Assembly (NCBI GenBank): GCA_041740355.1
Contig: JBGSMD010000063.1
Coordinates: 142,612-206,611 of the forward strand
Source of the DNA: Bdellovibrionota bacterium
GTDB taxonomy: Bacteria > Bdellovibrionota_C > UBA2361 > CALJRW01
Direction: 5' to 3'
DNA: 64,000 bases
Shown: positions 28,462-38,458 of the stretch, piece by piece
How the letters are laid out: each line of letters starts with the position of its first letter
How positions within the stretch are numbered: the stretch's first letter is position 1
The notes under the pieces: generated by a model
The model's database searches: none
The model's input: only the letters and a program-made list of their open reading frames with translations
What the model was told of the DNA's origin: nothing
Made by a program: the position numbers and the translations under genes

Positions 28462-29469
28462 CTATTTTGTAATGGTACTGCGAATAAAACATGCTAGATA
28501 GCTTTTCCAAAATCGCCAATTCAGAGGTTGATAAAAAATACCCTTATGAAAATAGTGAAAAGCTTCTTTTATTCTCATATTTGGATAACATAAATTATAA
28601 CCTAACTGCCAAAAGTAATTATCTGCAATTGTCTTATTAATAGCCTTAACTTCTCTCAGATTCAAATCAAGTTCGCACTCTGCTTCGCGAAAACCTCTTA
28701 TTAAAGCATGACGAAGTCTAATATACTTCTCTAACGGCGCTCCCTTACAACCAGCTGAAGCATTATTATTATGCACAGCATATTCCCCATGAATTTTATC
28801 AATATAAGCAATCTTAAATCCAGATTTTAGCGCTCGAATAACTGATATTTGATCAGCTCCTTCGTTTCGATATGCAGATCTAAATCGATAGTCTTTAAAA
28901 ACTTCTTTTTTTGATAGTGAAAACTGTTGCCCTAACTGTAAACCATGAAGTATTTGAAACTCGGCTGCTCGAGAGTCAATAATTAATTTAGCATTACCAA
29001 GTTGTTTCGTTTTTAAACTTAAAAACTTTGCCGAATTACATCGGTTATGAAAATTACTTTCCACTATGACTTTATCATTGTCAGTTAAATCTATAATTTT
29101 ATTTGATGCATAAAGCCAATCAATTTCCGGATAATTTTGCATGACCTCTAATAGTTCTTGCAAATGAAAGTCATACCAGCGATCATCAACATCATACAAT
29201 GCAAGATAATCTCCCTTCATGTGATCTAAGCCTGTATTCCTAGCTTCAAAACCACCGCCATTTACACGATCAATTAATTGAACTTTCTGTGTCCAATTTT
29301 TTGTAATTTCTAGAAATAATTCCTTTGTATTGTCAGTACTTCCATCATTAACGGCGACAAGCTCCCAATTTTCGTATGTTTGATTCTTGATACACTCTAA
29401 TCCTGTCTTTAGAAAAGGCGTGGTGTTATAAAGAGGAAGTACAATGCTAATTAACGGCTGATTACTCAT
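28462..29469 (-). CDS. GT2 glycosyltransferase
   Basis: ISIVLPLYN, VNDGSTD, ARNTGL, YDVDD. Confidence 0.92.
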   Translation of the reverse strand: MSNQPLISIVLPLYNTTPFLKTGLECIKNQTYENWELVAVNDGSTDNTKELFLEITKNWTQKVQLIDRVNGGGFEARNTGLDHMKGDYLALYDVDDRWYDFHLQELLEVMQNYPEIDWLYASNKIIDLTDNDKVIVESNFHNRCNSAKFLSLKTKQLGNAKLIIDSRAAEFQILHGLQLGQQFSLSKKEVFKDYRFRSAYRNEGADQISVIRALKSGFKIAYIDKIHGEYAVHNNNASAGCKGAPLEKYIRLRHALIRGFREAECELDLNLREVKAINKTIADNYFWQLGYNLCYPNMRIKEAFHYFHKGIFYQPLNWRFWKSYLACFIRSTITK

Positions 29470-30578
29470 TTCACTAATTTATTATTTTTTAATTCTTGAT
29501 AAGAATAATCTACTTTGTCACTTGCGGCTTGGTTACCAAGCCAGCCTACTAATTCTTTAATAGATTCATCAATGGTAAATTTTGGTGCATAACCAAGAAT
29601 TTTATTAGCCTTTGTAATATCGGCAAAACAATGACGGATATCACCTGCCCTAGCTTCTTGTAATAATGTTGGTTGTATATCTAAATTTAGAGTAGTTGCA
29701 ATCTTGCTTGCTAAGTTCTGGATATTAATAGGTGACCCAGACCCTATATTAAAGTAATCATTGATTACGTCACCTCTATCTAATGCTAGTAAATTTGCCT
29801 GTACGACATCGCGAACATCAACAAAATCTCTCATTTGTAGTCCATCCTCAAAAATTATTGGCGAATTGCCATTTAGTAATCTTGAGCAAAAAATAGCTGC
29901 TACTCCTGTGTAAGGATTAGAAAGTGATTGTCTGGTGCCAATTACATTGAAGTAACGAAAAGCTACAACAGGGATGTTATATGTCTTACCTAGAGTTAAA
30001 AACATTTCCTCTTGATCTCTTTTGGTTATGGCATAAATACTAGTTGGTTCGATCTTCTTGCCTTCGGCTGTTGGAATTGGCTTAAGCACCTCACCTTTGG
30101 AATTAAGCATCTCCCAATTCTTTTCAGTAAATTGCATAGCTGTACGTTTCTGAGGAATAGCTTGTTGTTCTAAACTATCCACATAGCTTCCCTCTCCGTA
30201 AATTGACATAGAAGAAGCAATGACAACCTTCTTAATCCTGTCTCGATGCTTTAGAAGCTCTTCCCAAAAAACAGCAGCACCTCTGCAATTAACATCAACG
30301 TAATGGTTAATAGCATACATTGATTGTCCGACTCCAACTGCTGCTGCATTATAAATTACTGCATCAACGCCAGAAAGAGCCTTCTCTACTACTTCTGGAT
30401 CACGAACATCACCATTTATAAACTCAATATTTGTATTTAAATAGTTTGGTAGCTTATTATCGATATGCACCTGTGAATCTAAGTTATCTAATATAACAAC
30501 TTGATCTCCTCTAGAGATTAAAGCATCCGTGATGTGTGAGCCGATAAAGCCAGCTCCACCTGTTACTAGAACTTTCAT
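29466..30578 (-). CDS. NAD-dependent nucleotide-sugar epimerase/dehydratase (extended SDR)
   Basis: TGGAGFIG, ASSMSIYGEG, YAITK, SNPYTGV, RDFVDV, GDIRH. Confidence 0.92.
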   Translation of the reverse strand: MKVLVTGGAGFIGSHITDALISRGDQVVILDNLDSQVHIDNKLPNYLNTNIEFINGDVRDPEVVEKALSGVDAVIYNAAAVGVGQSMYAINHYVDVNCRGAAVFWEELLKHRDRIKKVVIASSMSIYGEGSYVDSLEQQAIPQKRTAMQFTEKNWEMLNSKGEVLKPIPTAEGKKIEPTSIYAITKRDQEEMFLTLGKTYNIPVVAFRYFNVIGTRQSLSNPYTGVAAIFCSRLLNGNSPIIFEDGLQMRDFVDVRDVVQANLLALDRGDVINDYFNIGSGSPINIQNLASKIATTLNLDIQPTLLQEARAGDIRHCFADITKANKILGYAPKFTIDESIKELVGWLGNQAASDKVDYSYQELKNNKLVK

Positions 30579-30622
30579 GTAATTCTTATAATATTCAAAA
30601 TTGATAGATCTAAAGCTTTGTT

Positions 30623-30653
30623 AGTAGCCTCGAGCGAACAAGTCGAGTCTACT
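30623..30653. repeat. GC-rich REP-like palindrome in an AT-rich divergent intergenic region
   Basis: AGTAGCCTCGA-GCGAACAAG-TCGAGTCTACT; 11-bp arms with one mismatch; GTAG at the foot on both strands. Confidence 0.55.
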
Positions 30654-30850
30654 CTTTTGGGTATATAATAGTTATTATGTATTAAATTGAAAACATACTA
30701 ATTATCAATTTTTAAAATAAAATATACCTAACCCTATCTCTTATTTTTTAGTAAGATATTCTAAGTTTTTTATTATTGAAATGAATCTCTAATTTAATAT
30801 CAAAGTATAATTATCCATAATTTAAAAACCAAACTATATAATAAGAAAAA

Positions 30851-32773
30851 ATGAGTACAAAAATAAGTCTACCAGGAATTTTATATGCAATGCGCTTTCC
30901 GGAAGATACCGGGCTTGTCTGGCAAAGCTTATTAAATTTATATTCTACAGTATCAGACAAAGAATATAAAAATTTCCAAAATATAATAGCATATCCAAGA
31001 TTAGTTGACCCTAAAATCACTCACCAAAATAAGCAAATTTTTATTGAGGCAGATTTCTATGATACCTCAGACAATAACAAACAATCTTTATTAAATATAA
31101 TTCAAAAATTTAACATTAAAGCAATTATCTATATTAGCGCTTCAACTACTGAAATTGATTTGAAATGGCTAAAGAGAATAAGAGTTAAAACCATTAACTT
31201 TGAACAAGAGAGTTATGATTCGAATAAAAAACAATCAATCTGGAAATCATGTATAAAAATTCTTACTAGAAGAATTCTTGGTATAAACTTACATACTATG
31301 TACCTAGCAAATTCACTTTCTCAAGTTAATTTTCTATTAAATTTTACCAAACTACCAGTCTCAAAAATTAGGCTTTGTATTAATGGGGTTGATACTAATT
31401 TTTTCTCGCCTGAGACTACTAAAGAACTTCAAAAAAGTAGGATATGTGATTCAAATTTAGTTGTACTCAGTGTCGCTCAGGCTCGTGAAGAAAAGAATAT
31501 CCCTTTTTTAATTGATGCTGCTCAAGAGATATTTAATCTACATCCAAATATTTCTCTTAGTTTTATACATGTTGGAGATGGCCCATGCTTGGAAAAATGG
31601 AAAAAACATGCCTTCCAATCTAAAATTTCTGATAAGTTTTTATTTGTTGGAAAACAAACTGATATTAGACCTTATCTTCATTCCGCTACGATCTTAGCTC
31701 ATGTTGCAACCCGAGAAGGTTTTGGATATGTCATTGCCGAAGCAATGTCTTCAGAAAAGCCAGTTATTGCAACACCATCAACTGGCTCTAAAGAAATTAT
31801 TGCAGATGGTCATACCGGTCTAATAATAGAGACAAACAACTCGAAGGTTATGGCAAAGGAGTTATTAGACTTATTAACGAATCCTGAAAAAATTAAGAAA
31901 ATGGGCATTGCTGCACGAGAAAGAACAAAGCGTCTTTTTTCGGTCGACAGACAAGCAGAAGATCTCTCTTTAGTTATTAATGATATTCTTAAAGATAATC
32001 AGAAAATAGAATTTTGTTGGAATCGAATTTCATCAAAAACGCTACGAGCAGTCGTACTCAACTTGCCAATGCTTTGGCGCTTCTCGAAATTTCAAAACCT
32101 GATTCTTAAATCAACTGACCTATTCACCCCTAATGTAACTGAGCGAATTAATAATATCTTAAAAAAATTTAAAACAGTTTATTTTGTACAAATTGGTTCA
32201 AACGATGGAAAACAAGCTGATCCATTATATCAACTTTCACATTCAAACAATCACTGGTCAGGCTTACTAGTTGAACCCTTGCCATTTTTATTTAAAAAGC
32301 TAAAAGACAATTATCAAGATCCTAGGTTTAATCTTGAAAATTCTGCAATTGGTGAATCAAATGGAGAAATCACTTTTTATTATATCTCACCTGAAGCAAA
32401 AAAGCATTTAGGAGATAAACTTCCATTTTATTATGATCAAGTAGGATCATTTAGCCTGAGCCATGTACTTAAACATTTTGATTCTGAGATTGAACCTTAT
32501 ATACTTGAAACTCAAGTGTCCACAATTAGCTTGCCTAATTTATTGGAAACTCACAATATATCACGCCTAGATCTAATGCATATTGATACAGAGGGGTTTG
32601 ACTATCAAATCTTACGTCAGTTTAACTTAAAGCAATTTTCTCCAAAAATTATTTTATTTGAACATATTCATTTGCCAATTGAACAAAAATTAATGAGTCA
32701 ATATTATTTATTTTTTCATGGCTACAAAATATTAGATCTAGGACGCGACTTTTTGGCAGTTAAAAATTCGTAG
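30851..32773 (+). CDS. GT4 glycosyltransferase fused to a C-terminal FkbM-family methyltransferase
   Basis: NGVDT, EGFGYVIAEAM; then VQIGSNDG, LVEP, HIDTEGFD, ILFEH. Confidence 0.88.
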   Translation: MSTKISLPGILYAMRFPEDTGLVWQSLLNLYSTVSDKEYKNFQNIIAYPRLVDPKITHQNKQIFIEADFYDTSDNNKQSLLNIIQKFNIKAIIYISASTTEIDLKWLKRIRVKTINFEQESYDSNKKQSIWKSCIKILTRRILGINLHTMYLANSLSQVNFLLNFTKLPVSKIRLCINGVDTNFFSPETTKELQKSRICDSNLVVLSVAQAREEKNIPFLIDAAQEIFNLHPNISLSFIHVGDGPCLEKWKKHAFQSKISDKFLFVGKQTDIRPYLHSATILAHVATREGFGYVIAEAMSSEKPVIATPSTGSKEIIADGHTGLIIETNNSKVMAKELLDLLTNPEKIKKMGIAARERTKRLFSVDRQAEDLSLVINDILKDNQKIEFCWNRISSKTLRAVVLNLPMLWRFSKFQNLILKSTDLFTPNVTERINNILKKFKTVYFVQIGSNDGKQADPLYQLSHSNNHWSGLLVEPLPFLFKKLKDNYQDPRFNLENSAIGESNGEITFYYISPEAKKHLGDKLPFYYDQVGSFSLSHVLKHFDSEIEPYILETQVSTISLPNLLETHNISRLDLMHIDTEGFDYQILRQFNLKQFSPKIILFEHIHLPIEQKLMSQYYLFFHGYKILDLGRDFLAVKNS

Positions 32774-32868
32774 TTATATTAAGAGAAACAAAAAGCTATC
32801 TAATCCAGAATTGAATGATTAGTCTCGGAATTACTATTGCAAGCCCATATGCAATACTTAACTATTAT

Positions 32869-33771
32869 TTAGCAATCATAATTTTTTTTTGGTAATGTGT
32901 GGGAAATTGTTTTCCTTAGTATATCAGACTTAAATCGATCCCGCCCAATAAAATGCACAAAGATTGAATTTGAGATATCGACTCCTTGATAATAATTTTG
33001 ATATTTAGGTTCAGCTAAAATATCTGGATTTGAATTGGCTAGTATGTAGTTACTTGCAAATTGCTCACTTCCCCATTTCTTCCAATTTTTCTCACCCAAC
33101 AAGTCTTGCATTCTAGTTGAAAATTCCTCTAACAATGAGAAACTCAACATTCCACTATATCCAGCAAACCCCGAACAACCTCTCATGTATAAATCAGGAT
33201 ATTGAGAATCTAAATTTACCAATTGTTGCTCAGCTATAATCTGAATACTTTGGCTTTTAATATTATTTGCGAACCTGCTTGCTTCACTTAGATTCAATAA
33301 ACTTGAACATCTGTAAGTTCCTAAAATAAAAGCTTTTTTTTGGTAAATAGCATTGCGAACCTCCAGCATCTCATCAATAGTTATTGTATCTGCATCAAGT
33401 TGTACAACAAATTTTTCCGCAGAAAGCTTACAACACAAGACTAATCTTTCCCAAGTTCCTCCACGTGGACAACGTCCAGTTTCAATATCTCCAATTTCAA
33501 TTACCTCAAATGATGGTATATAACTATTTAAGATAAGTAATTCGTTCTGACCTAGACTTCCATCATTAATAATAATTATTTTCTTAGGTTTGTTCCTTCT
33601 AGTAAATGAGATAACAGATACAAGATATAAATATAGATCACGCTTACATAATTGGGTAACTAAAATAAATGGAGAACTGCTATCTACCGCAGCTTGATAA
33701 TTTACAATCTGACGTCTAATAAATCGATCAATATTATAGTAACTAATTTTATTTCTAATTTTATATAGCAT
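32869..33771 (-). CDS. Putative GT-A-fold glycosyltransferase-like protein
   Basis: IINDGSL, VQLDADT (DxD), GCSGFAG, WGSEQ, FVHFIG; polysaccharide-locus context. Confidence 0.55.
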   Translation of the reverse strand: MLYKIRNKISYYNIDRFIRRQIVNYQAAVDSSSPFILVTQLCKRDLYLYLVSVISFTRRNKPKKIIIINDGSLGQNELLILNSYIPSFEVIEIGDIETGRCPRGGTWERLVLCCKLSAEKFVVQLDADTITIDEMLEVRNAIYQKKAFILGTYRCSSLLNLSEASRFANNIKSQSIQIIAEQQLVNLDSQYPDLYMRGCSGFAGYSGMLSFSLLEEFSTRMQDLLGEKNWKKWGSEQFASNYILANSNPDILAEPKYQNYYQGVDISNSIFVHFIGRDRFKSDILRKTISHTLPKKNYDC

Positions 33772-34479
33772 TTAATGTTTAAAACTAATACCCTTTAAGA
33801 CATACTGTGAACATTGCGTAGTCGAGATCTTTTGAAATGTTCCTAAGGAACTCCAAAGATCTTTTCTCAATTTAAATTCTTGATAATTTCCAATTATTAG
33901 ATATCTCCCTCGTCTAATAATCTTACTCCACAATTTATTCAGACTTGGCTCTATTTTAGGTCCAATTATACGATAGTCCTTATTTTCAAGTATAAACTTA
34001 CAAACTGGATAAACTGTCTGCCAATTCGTATCATGAATAATTAAAATCCCCCCATCCTTTAAGAGAAGGTCGGAATAAAAATAATCGATAAATGTATAAT
34101 CAAAGGAATGGTACCCATCTATTAGTATCAAATCATACTGTTTTTTCTGGCGGACAAGCTGTGGCAAGGCAAGATAGCTTAACTCTTCAATTAGTTCATG
34201 CTTGCAAGCAAATCCTGCATTATGAATATTTAAGACTCCTTGTCCAGCGTAGCCTCGGTATGAATCATTATTTAATTCTACAGGATCATTTTGAAATGGA
34301 TCAATTGAGGTTAAACTTGAATTTGGTACTCCAAATATCTCCTCTAAAATGACAATAGCGCTGGATGCATTTGCTAGACCAATCTCTAAGATACTTACTG
34401 ATTTATAATCTTGGATCAATTTTCTAAGGACTTGAAGCTCATTATTAAGCATACCGTCTGGTCGATCAACTAGCATCAC
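33772..34479 (-). CDS. Class I SAM-dependent methyltransferase (Methyltransf_24-like)
   Basis: LEIGLANASS, SIDPFQ, DLILIDGYHSFD, LKDGGILIIHD. Confidence 0.88.
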   Translation of the reverse strand: MMLVDRPDGMLNNELQVLRKLIQDYKSVSILEIGLANASSAIVILEEIFGVPNSSLTSIDPFQNDPVELNNDSYRGYAGQGVLNIHNAGFACKHELIEELSYLALPQLVRQKKQYDLILIDGYHSFDYTFIDYFYSDLLLKDGGILIIHDTNWQTVYPVCKFILENKDYRIIGPKIEPSLNKLWSKIIRRGRYLIIGNYQEFKLRKDLWSSLGTFQKISTTQCSQYVLKGISFKH

Positions 34480-34629
34480 TTTTTTATCTTTATAAAAATT
34501 AAATTATCAATAAATTCTACTAAAAATATACTATTTTAAAAACTCCATTTGTACTGCTACTAACTAAAAAACCATGTAAAATTATCTAAATTTTGTAGCA
34601 TCAAATATAACTTTATTTAAAACTTAAAT

Positions 34630-36129
34630 CTAAGATTTAGCAAATAAGCAATAACTAGAAACACAATAGATATTGTTCCAAAACTTGCAATTAAATGAGT
34701 CTTTTATTGATACAATTGCATGACGAATGGAGTATTTTTCAGATATCTCTTCTAGAATATTACAATTTAAATTTTGATAAAATTTATTAGCAAGTTCTAA
34801 TCTACCGAACCATTCAAGTACAGAACTTGCTTCATAAGGGTGATTTTTGTTATCGACGAAAGTAGATGCTCCCGTATCTAATCTAAATTCTACAAAAGAT
34901 GGTGGAATCAAATATGTAACATTCTTTTTTTCATTTAAGATCTTCTTACTAATTGGCATTGCCGCTTGGTTATTTAAAAAATCAATCCTATTTATCTTTA
35001 GCTCATTCGACAAGAAGGAAGTTTCACACAAAACAAACAACGAAAATATAATTGTAATCTTTGAATATAAAATTCTATTATTTATATTTTTTATGATAAA
35101 TGATGAAATAATCAAAACTGCTAGTGGAACAAACACGACAGTTAATCTCCATGGAAACATAAGTGCAAAAAAACTTGCACTACCCAAGTATTGAGCAATA
35201 GTCAGCAATGTCACCACTAAGATTGCAAAACTTATACTTAAACTAAAATATCTAGAGGGTATTAGAAACATACTGCTAGCAATTATCACTAACTGTATTT
35301 GTTCACTAAAAGAAAAAAAATAATTTATATCTGCATGAAATGGAATTATTCTATGAACTAATATGTCCTGTGCTACTACACTATAGCTTGCTTGATCTAA
35401 AACAAAGTTAGAAATAATATAGAGGCTACTTGGCAAGCAAAGAACTAAGTAATAACATGTATTTATTGCCAATCCTCGCAAACCAAATCCTTTATCGAAT
35501 AACTGAAATGACAAGACGACTATTAGCCCATGAAGTAGGTAGGAAGAATGTATGTTTGCAGCAATCGCACAGGAACAAATTGCTAATTTACTTTTTTTAA
35601 ATAGATACAACACAATTGCAAGTAATAGAAATACGCCGAAGACGCTTGGCTGAAAAGTTTCGCCAAGCAAATATTGATTAGCAAATCCATTAGTTAAAAT
35701 ATCACCCAAATTTATTCCAAGCTTTTCAAGCGAATAATACTGGAATGCAAGTGAATTGATAAAAATTAATATAACTGAGAGATAATAAATTCTTACTTTA
35801 TCAAGATTGAATAATTTTCTAGATAGAAGAATCAAGGAAAGGAAAAATAATATTTTTATTAATATAAAATAAACATTAAATGATATTTCGGGGAAGAATA
35901 AATACGTATATTGAATTATCTTTGAAAACACAGGAAAGCTATCTTTGGTTGTTGCTAGCCAATCTGTGCTTAGGTATCCAAATCCCGCATTGCTTAGCCC
36001 ATGGAAAAAATATGTATTTTGATTATAGCTATAAAGTGGTGCACTTGGGATAGATAAACAAAATAAAAAAGCTAAGATCGCAAGAATGAGATACAAATAT
36101 AATTTTTTTTTATAAATTCTAATCTGCAT
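34630..36129 (-). CDS. Polytopic membrane protein (DUF6798-like; possibly GT-C)
   Basis: NQNTYFFHGL, DWLA, FQPSVFG, PWR, FRL....FVD.K.HP....EWF.R; about 11 TM helices. Confidence 0.6.
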   Translation of the reverse strand: MQIRIYKKKLYLYLILAILAFLFCLSIPSAPLYSYNQNTYFFHGLSNAGFGYLSTDWLATTKDSFPVFSKIIQYTYLFFPEISFNVYFILIKILFFLSLILLSRKLFNLDKVRIYYLSVILIFINSLAFQYYSLEKLGINLGDILTNGFANQYLLGETFQPSVFGVFLLLAIVLYLFKKSKLAICSCAIAANIHSSYLLHGLIVVLSFQLFDKGFGLRGLAINTCYYLVLCLPSSLYIISNFVLDQASYSVVAQDILVHRIIPFHADINYFFSFSEQIQLVIIASSMFLIPSRYFSLSISFAILVVTLLTIAQYLGSASFFALMFPWRLTVVFVPLAVLIISSFIIKNINNRILYSKITIIFSLFVLCETSFLSNELKINRIDFLNNQAAMPISKKILNEKKNVTYLIPPSFVEFRLDTGASTFVDNKNHPYEASSVLEWFGRLELANKFYQNLNCNILEEISEKYSIRHAIVSIKDSFNCKFWNNIYCVSSYCLFAKS

Positions 36130-37273
36130 AAAGCATATTTAAATCTTTTAAATAATTATCTGCTGAGTAGTCATATGTTGTATTGAGTGCTTCCTTTCCC
36201 AATATGTTTGCTTTTAATTGATTACATTCGGCAAGGCCTCTTATAGAGTTGCCCCAACCATTTTCATCTTCTTCACTAATTAAAATTCCGTTGTTGTCAT
36301 TTTTTATAAAATCCTTAACCCCTCCAACGTTCGAAGCTATCGTCGGTCGACCAAATGAAGCGGCTTCATAAATAGTCAACCCCGCGACTTCTGGCCATCT
36401 CGATGGAAGCAAATTTGCTATACAATTCGCAATTAATTTCTGCTTCTTAACTCCTTCAACTCTACCAAGAAAGAAAATTTTATTTTCTAAATTATATTCT
36501 TTAACTAAGTTAGCAAGTCTATCACGATCATTACCATCCCCTGCAATGAATAATTTAATATTTTCCAAAGACAGGCCATGAAAAGCTTTTATAATTAAAT
36601 CAATTCCTTTTTGTTTTACTAATCTACCTATATATAAAAAATACTTTTCTGAATTGTGATCAATATAGTTTTCTACATTTGGTACAATAGAAATAAAATG
36701 TGGCAAATGATAAGTATTAGAGTAATTATTAATTATGAATTGTTCATTTAGATATGCAGATGGTGCAATAAAAAAATCAATATCTTTAGCAAAATATCTT
36801 GCTGAATAATTTTTTAGTATACTAGTAATTTGCTGCTTCTGCTCTATCTTACAACATTTACATTTCGCAAACGATAAACTGCATGATTTGTTACTTTTGT
36901 TTATTTTTTGTCCATTACAAATTAAATAATAGTCATGCAGCGTCATAATTCTTCTTATTCCATTTGGCACACAAATGACTGACGGTGATAATTGGTAAAA
37001 GATATTATGATAATGAATTACATCTGGCTTAAATTCATTAATTATTTTTCTAAATTGAAAATAATTTTTTATGTTAAAACTGCTATCTATATTAAAAAAG
37101 TTTCCTGAACTACTTACTTGCCGGTCTGAGATAATAATCTTCCCCTCGTGCTGATAATCTGAAGTAACGGTCAAGACTTGGTGTTTTATCTTTAGTAATT
37201 CTGCCAGTGCGAAGAAATGGGTTTCTGCACCCCCAAGTTGATATCCATAATCATTTACTAAGATAATTTTCAT
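36119..37273 (-). CDS. GT4 glycosyltransferase
   Basis: GGAE, TLHDY, GRLVKQKG, PSRWPEVAGLTIYEA, SNVGG. Confidence 0.92.
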   Translation of the reverse strand: MKIILVNDYGYQLGGAETHFFALAELLKIKHQVLTVTSDYQHEGKIIISDRQVSSSGNFFNIDSSFNIKNYFQFRKIINEFKPDVIHYHNIFYQLSPSVICVPNGIRRIMTLHDYYLICNGQKINKSNKSCSLSFAKCKCCKIEQKQQITSILKNYSARYFAKDIDFFIAPSAYLNEQFIINNYSNTYHLPHFISIVPNVENYIDHNSEKYFLYIGRLVKQKGIDLIIKAFHGLSLENIKLFIAGDGNDRDRLANLVKEYNLENKIFFLGRVEGVKKQKLIANCIANLLPSRWPEVAGLTIYEAASFGRPTIASNVGGVKDFIKNDNNGILISEEDENGWGNSIRGLAECNQLKANILGKEALNTTYDYSADNYLKDLNMLYAD

Positions 37274-37324
37274 ACAAAAGTTAAAAGATTAAAGTAATTT
37301 ATTTCTTCAAAATTATATTTCTTT

Positions 37325-38458
37325 CTACTTTAACGAAACAAAACTTTGATACGATTGATAGTTCTCAAGAGCTGAGAACTTTTCAGCAAATAATCTAGAA
37401 TTATCAAAGTTATTATTACACTCATTATCAACTAGTTTCATTAATACTTCTCCTAAGTCATGTTGATTTGAGACGAAAAAGCTACTTTGATTCCCTTCAA
37501 TAGCTTCTATCTCCCCCCCACTATTCCCACAAATCACTGGAAGTCCACAGGCTTGTGCTTCCACGTAAACCATACCAAAACCTTCTAGGTCGTATCCAGT
37601 ATCAATGCTAGGCATTACAAAGATGTCAGAGAGGTGATAATAATCCTTTTTTTGTTCATCACTTACGTTGGAAAGGATTTGAACTCTGTGGGTTAAGTTG
37701 TGAAGGTTGATCAGGTCTTGAAGCTCCTGCTGTTGCTCACCAGTTCCGATCATTAGGTATTTAATGTGATCTTGAGTGAGGTAATGATCGATAATTACTT
37801 TTAAGACTCCAATCTGGTTTTTTCGCGGTGTAAGGCGACCGACAGTGAGAAGGATTTTGTCAGAATCTTCGAAGCCATAAAGCTTGCGAAGTTCTGATTT
37901 TGACTTAGTCGATTCAAAATCGCTTAAGTTGATACAGGGGTGCAGAACTTCGATTCTTTTGGGATTAGGAAGTTTGAGTAACTGTTGCTTCGTAAAGTTA
38001 CTATTCGCTACTATTAGATCTATTCTTTTGATTATTAATTTGTAAAGGAATTTTAGCTGTCTGCTAGAATTATAGGCCTTAAACTCTTCCCCATGAGCAA
38101 AGCAAATAATCTTAACTTTCTTGAAAGTGAGTAGCTTGGTGATTACGGCAACAAAACCTTCAGGAAGAATTTTGGAGCAATGAATATAATTAATTTCACC
38201 GGTGACTAGCTCCTTACTTAGCATTCGCCACATTTTGAAGTATTTTAAGAGAGAATCAATAGATGTAATACCCCAATCACTTAACAGGATTTTATCTTGG
38301 ATTAGTTTAGCATTAGTAAAAGGATTCTCTGTTGGCTCGGAATATTGATTAGTGATTACTTTAAACGGAGTTGGGCTTTCTCTAAAAAGATTTACTAACC
38401 ACTGAATCGAACCACCACGTTCGGGAAGAAATCTTTGAGTGAGGATGATATCCATCAA
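37325..38458 (-). CDS. GT4 glycosyltransferase (PimB-like)
   Basis: FLPERGG, AHGEE, VGRLTPRKN, EGFGMVYVEAQACG. Confidence 0.92.
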   Translation of the reverse strand: MMDIILTQRFLPERGGSIQWLVNLFRESPTPFKVITNQYSEPTENPFTNAKLIQDKILLSDWGITSIDSLLKYFKMWRMLSKELVTGEINYIHCSKILPEGFVAVITKLLTFKKVKIICFAHGEEFKAYNSSRQLKFLYKLIIKRIDLIVANSNFTKQQLLKLPNPKRIEVLHPCINLSDFESTKSKSELRKLYGFEDSDKILLTVGRLTPRKNQIGVLKVIIDHYLTQDHIKYLMIGTGEQQQELQDLINLHNLTHRVQILSNVSDEQKKDYYHLSDIFVMPSIDTGYDLEGFGMVYVEAQACGLPVICGNSGGEIEAIEGNQSSFFVSNQHDLGEVLMKLVDNECNNNFDNSRLFAEKFSALENYQSYQSFVSLK

